From assembly GCA_040386535.1 (NCBI GenBank), contig JAZKFH010000042.1, positions 195,935 through 259,934 of the forward strand: DNA of 64,000 nucleotides, in the 5' to 3' direction. A model generated the notes under the pieces. That model had not been told where the DNA came from and searched no databases. It was given only the letters and a program-made list of their open reading frames with translations. This DNA comes from Myxococcota bacterium (GTDB lineage Bacteria > Myxococcota_A > UBA796 > SXON01). Below, in pieces: positions 60,157-64,000 of the stretch. The first letter of the stretch is position 1. Every line of letters starts with the position of its first letter. A program made the translations under genes and the position numbers.

Positions 60157-61184
60157 TCGCGCTTGGCTGGCGGACGGCGCCTGCGCGGCGCCGCGGCCGA
60201 GCCGGCCGGCAGGGCCGGCCGCCCTTCGGAGGGCTGCCGCGCGGAGGGGCGGCGACCCTTTGCCCGTCGGCGCGTGTGCTCGCCGCCACGCGTGCCGGAT
60301 GTTGCGCGGGACGCTCGCCTCGGCGTTCGACGCGGTAGCGTCCCGACGCGCGGCCGGTGTGCGTTTCGCGTGCCGACGGGGGCTTGGGAGCGAGGCGCGC
60401 GGTGCCGGCGTGATCTGCGGCCGATGCAGGCCGGTGCGGTGCGGGGGCGGACACGAGGTGCCCGGCCGCTTCGGCCCCCCCCCGACCCTAGCGCGCTGGC
60501 GACGGGGCACCTGGGCGACGCCGTCGGCAGAGGGAGCAACCGCCAAGACGCGAAGGCGCCAAGGGGAGCCCGAGCCGCACAGCTACGACGGCGCCCGAAT
60601 CCCGAGCGACCTCTGCCGCGTGCGTCGCGACATGTACACTTCGGGCCGGCCAGGAGTAGGGGGCCTTGGCGGCAGGGGGTGGCACTCTTGGCCGGTTTCG
60701 AGGGTTCGTTGGGCGTCCACGGACGTGCACGCTTCAATCATCGGCGTTCATCCGTTCGAACCAGGCACATAGGCGCCTGATTGCTCCCACACCGGCCAAG
60801 AATAGGGGGCCTTGGCGGCGGGGGGTGGCACTCTTGGCCGGTTTTGAGGGGTTCCTCGGCCGTCCACGGACGTGCACGCTTCAACCATCGGCGTTCATCC
60901 GTTCGAACCAGGCACATAGGCGCCTGGACTGCTCCCACCCCAGCCAAGAGTAGGGGGCCTTGCCGGCAGGGGGTGGCACTCTTGGCCGGTTTTGAGGGGT
61001 TCCTCGGCCGTCCACCGACGTGCACGCTTCAAATATCGGCGTTTAACCGTTCGAACCAGGCACGTAGGCGCCTGGACTGCTCCCACACCGGCCAGGAGTA
61101 GGGGGCCTTGCCGGCAGGGGGTGGCACCTTTGGCCGGTTTCGTGGGGCTCCTCGGCCGTCCACCGACGTGCACGCTTCAAATAT

Positions 61185-63580
61185 TGCCGGTTCCGGAAAC
61201 TCTGGCCGCTCCCGTTCCGGAAACTCTGGCCGCTCCCCTGAAGGAGCTTCGAGGTGACTACCCTGATCAGCCAAGAGGTCGCCCAGCGGCGTAGCGGCAC
61301 CGCAGAGGTGCCCGTGCTGCCGCTCCTGACCCGCCACGCCGTCCAGGTGCTCGTCCGCGCCGGCCACACCCACGCCGACGTGGCGCGGCAGACCTCCATC
61401 TCGGAGCGCACCGTGCGCCGGATCGCCGGTGAAGCCGAGGTCGCCCACGTGGACGACGCGGCAGAGCGCGCGACGCGCGGACTCGGTCGGCCCAGCAAGG
61501 CCGAGCCGTACCGGGCGATCATCGAGGCGCTGCTCGCCGACGGGCCCGAGCTGATGACACTGGAGCTGCTCCGGCGGGCGCGGCTGAAGGGCTACACCGG
61601 GAGCAAGAGCCCGTTCTACTCGCTGGTCGCCGAGCTCCGGCCCAAGCAGGTCAAGGTCGAATGCCACTTCGAGGGCCTGGCGGGCGAGTTCTCGCGACAC
61701 GACTTCGGCCAGGTGGACGTTCACTTCGTCGACGGCAGCGTGCGCCGCGTCCAGTTCTTCGCCTCCCGCCTGAAGTTCTCGCGATGGGCCGAGGTCACGA
61801 TCGTCGAGGACCAGCGCGCCGAGACCCTGGTCCGTACGCTCCTCGACCACTTCGTGGCGTTCGGCGGAATGCCGCTCTGCGCGGTGTTCGACCGCCCGAA
61901 GACCGTGGCGCTGGAGTGGCAGAAGGACGGCAAGGTGACGACCTGGAACCCGATCTTCGCGGCAGCGGCGATGGACATCGGCTTCGCGGCCGAGGCTTGC
62001 TGGCCCTACCAGCCGCAGCAGAAGGGCGCCGTCGAAAAGCTCGTCGGCTGGGTGAAGTCCAGCTTCTTCAAGCAACGCCGCTTCCTGGACATGGAGGACC
62101 TCCATCGCCAACTCGCCGAGTGGCTCGCCGAGGCCAATGGCTCCCGCCCATCGCGTGCCACGGGCGTGCCGCCGTCCGCCCGGATCGCCGAGGAGCGCGC
62201 TCGCTTCCGGGCACCACGCGTGCTCCCTGACCAACTTGCACTGCGCTTCCCCGTCTCCGTGGGACCGACCGCGGAGGTCGTCCACGACAGCCACGCCTAC
62301 TTGATGCCCCCGGAAGCCGCCGGTCTACCTGGGACTCTGTACCTCTACCGAGATCAGGTCCGCATCGTCGCCGGGCGCCATGAGCGCGTACACCGACGCG
62401 GGCACGGCCGCGAAGGCGTGGAGGCCCACGCCCACGACCGCGCGGCGCGCTTGGCGGCCGTCTGCGGGAAGCGCGGCAAGGCGTACCAGAAGCGGCAGGA
62501 CCTCGTCCGCCTCGGGGACCCGCCCGTGCGCTTCATCAGCGAGTTGGTCCACCGCCGCCCGCGCGACTGGTACGGCGACGTGGATCGCCTGCACGCCCTG
62601 CTCCAGGACGTAGGCCCCAACGCGCTCGTCCACGCCATCCGTTCGGCGCTCGACGCCAATCGCTTCAGCACCGCCCACGTCGCCGAGTGCCTCGGGCGCC
62701 GTCCCGCTCAGACCCCCCTATTTCAGGAATTCACATGACACCTGCCATTCTCGCCGTTGCTCCGTCCGACATGGATCTCGAGCACCTCCTCGCGGTCCTC
62801 AGCCTCGCGAATACCCGGAAGAACTGGGCCGAACTCGCCCGCCGAGCCGAGACCGAGAGCTGGTCCTACCGCGACTTTCTGGCCATCGTCTGCGCCGAGG
62901 AGGTGTCGCATCGTCGCCAGACCCGCATGCAAAAAGACACCCGGCATGCCGGCTTTCCGTTCCTCAAGACCATCGACGACTTCGACTTCACCCTGCAGAG
63001 CAGTCTTCGCCTCTCGCTGCTCGGCAGCTACCTCGGCCCCGAGCTCGTCTCCGAGGGTCGCAACCTCATCCTCCAAGGGAGGACGGGCCGCGGCAAGACC
63101 CACCTCGCCGTCGCCATCGGCTACCGGGCCATCCAGAACGGCTTCACCGTGCGGTTCGTGACGGCGGCCGAGCTCATCGACGACCTCTCGGACGCCAGCC
63201 GCGACGGAAAGCTCCGAGCCGCGCTCGCGGCCTACACCCAGCCCCACGTGCTGATCATCGACGAGGTCGGATACCTCACCTACGGCACCGACGCGGCCAA
63301 CGTCCTCTTCCACGTCGTCAACGACCGGCACATCCGCAAGCGCCCGATTCTCTTCACGACCAACAAGTCGCCGTTGACCCAATGGGGCGACGTACTGCAC
63401 GACCGCGACCTCGCGGACGCCATCGTGGATCGCACCCTGGAACGCGGCCGGCTCATCCTCCTGGACGGCCCCAGCTCGCGGACCAAGCACCTCGATCTGG
63501 CGTCCATCCCTACGACGGGTGACGCTCCGGAACCGGACAAAGTTTCCGGAACGCTACCGGCGAAGTTTCAGGAACCAGCA
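61185..63580 (+). mobile_element. Complete IS21-family insertion sequence (2396 bp)
   Basis: TG...CA ends. Imperfect IRs tgccggttccggaaact / tgctggttcctgaaact. Duplicated 24-bp subterminal repeat (61190-61237). AATAT target duplication (61180-61184, 63581-63585). Carries istA-istB. Confidence 0.95.
61254..62738 (+). CDS. istA: IS21 family DDE transposase
   Basis: N-terminal HTH, 'HDFGQ', 'VFDRPK', 'QQKGAVEKLV'. Confidence 0.93.
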   Translation: MTTLISQEVAQRRSGTAEVPVLPLLTRHAVQVLVRAGHTHADVARQTSISERTVRRIAGEAEVAHVDDAAERATRGLGRPSKAEPYRAIIEALLADGPELMTLELLRRARLKGYTGSKSPFYSLVAELRPKQVKVECHFEGLAGEFSRHDFGQVDVHFVDGSVRRVQFFASRLKFSRWAEVTIVEDQRAETLVRTLLDHFVAFGGMPLCAVFDRPKTVALEWQKDGKVTTWNPIFAAAAMDIGFAAEACWPYQPQQKGAVEKLVGWVKSSFFKQRRFLDMEDLHRQLAEWLAEANGSRPSRATGVPPSARIAEERARFRAPRVLPDQLALRFPVSVGPTAEVVHDSHAYLMPPEAAGLPGTLYLYRDQVRIVAGRHERVHRRGHGREGVEAHAHDRAARLAAVCGKRGKAYQKRQDLVRLGDPPVRFISELVHRRPRDWYGDVDRLHALLQDVGPNALVHAIRSALDANRFSTAHVAECLGRRPAQTPLFQEFT

Positions 63581-63616
63581 AATATCGGCGTTTACCCGTT
63601 CGAACCAGGCACATAG
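62735..63616 (+). CDS. istB: IS21 helper ATPase
   Basis: ATGA overlap with istA, 'KTIDDFDF', 'GRTGRGKTHLA', 'LIIDEVGY', 'TTN', 'AIVDR'. Confidence 0.95.
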   Translation: MTPAILAVAPSDMDLEHLLAVLSLANTRKNWAELARRAETESWSYRDFLAIVCAEEVSHRRQTRMQKDTRHAGFPFLKTIDDFDFTLQSSLRLSLLGSYLGPELVSEGRNLILQGRTGRGKTHLAVAIGYRAIQNGFTVRFVTAAELIDDLSDASRDGKLRAALAAYTQPHVLIIDEVGYLTYGTDAANVLFHVVNDRHIRKRPILFTTNKSPLTQWGDVLHDRDLADAIVDRTLERGRLILLDGPSSRTKHLDLASIPTTGDAPEPDKVSGTLPAKFQEPANIGVYPFEPGT

Positions 63617-63836
63617 GCGCCTGGACTGCTCCCACACCGGCCAGGAGTAGGGGGCCTTGCCGGCAGGGGGTGGCACCTTTGGCCGGTTTCGCGAGCACGT
63701 CGGCGCTCCGCCGCGGTAGTTCGCAGAACCAACCGCGTTTCTACGTTCGCGGCGCACGCCGGGGGCGCCTCGGCGGTCCCACACCGGCCAAGAGTAGGGG
63801 GCCTTGGCGGCAGGGGGTGGAACTCTTGGCCGGTCT

Positions 63837-64000
63837 GCGCGGGAGGGGCCCGGCGCGGGAGGGGCCCGGCGCGGGAGGGGCCCGGCGCGGGAGCGGCCCG
63901 GCGCGGGAGGGGCCGCCCGGCGCGTGAGGGGCCCGGCGCGGGAGCGGCCCGGCGCGGGAGCGGCCCGGCGCGGGAGCGGCCCGGCGCGGGAGCGGCCCGG
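63837..64000. repeat. 16-bp G-rich tandem repeat gcgcgggag(g/c)ggcccg, about 10 copies, running off the window end
   Basis: Read directly; one copy has a 3-bp insertion. Confidence 0.92.

Larger units (their letters stand above)
60646..63834. repeat. ~147-bp-period tandem array of six ~52-bp hairpin cores, interrupted by IS21
   Basis: Cores (a)ccggccaRgagt-agggggccttg(g/c)cggcagggggtgg-cactcttggccggt start at 60646, 60792, 60940, 61088, 63637 and 63784. Confidence 0.92.

Noticed and set aside
60666..61294. Short repeated ORFs in the array
   Set aside because: They arise from the DNA repeat. The 146/148-bp periods shift frame between units and there is no coding signature.
60646..63834. CRISPR array
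   Set aside because: The core (~52 bp) and spacers (~95 bp) are too long, four of five spacers are near-identical, and no cas genes are in the window.
60646..63834. Integron attC cassette array
   Set aside because: No RYYYAAC/GTTRRRY boundaries, no cassette ORFs and no integrase.

Overview
High-GC bacterial chromosome segment, very likely from a Myxococcota-type organism (MYXO-CTERM sorting tails, an AgmX/PglI-type C-terminal domain protein, several Asp/Thr-repeat lipoproteins, eukaryote-like Ser/Thr kinases). About 48 CDSs: many exported or lipoprotein genes, peptidoglycan-active enzymes, signalling proteins, a lon/J-domain/clpX cluster, and an SDR-methyltransferase-thiE operon. The last 4 kb is repeat-rich. 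It holds a ~147-bp-period hairpin array interrupted by a complete IS21 element (5-bp target duplication) and a 16-bp G-rich tandem running off the window end. The best candidate for a new system is at 815-4934: an exported caspase-family protease transcribed divergently from an exported protein whose N-terminal domain has a gasdermin-like sequence pattern fused to an LPP20-like domain, followed by an LPP20/DUF4384-like protein. Other leads are a MetE-like enzyme translationally coupled into a two-component operon, an orphan MafI-like immunity gene, a candidate ~50-nt sRNA and a dispersed 8-nt-periodic repeat. All domain calls come from motifs recognised by eye; no searches were run. No rRNA, tRNA or CRISPR was seen.
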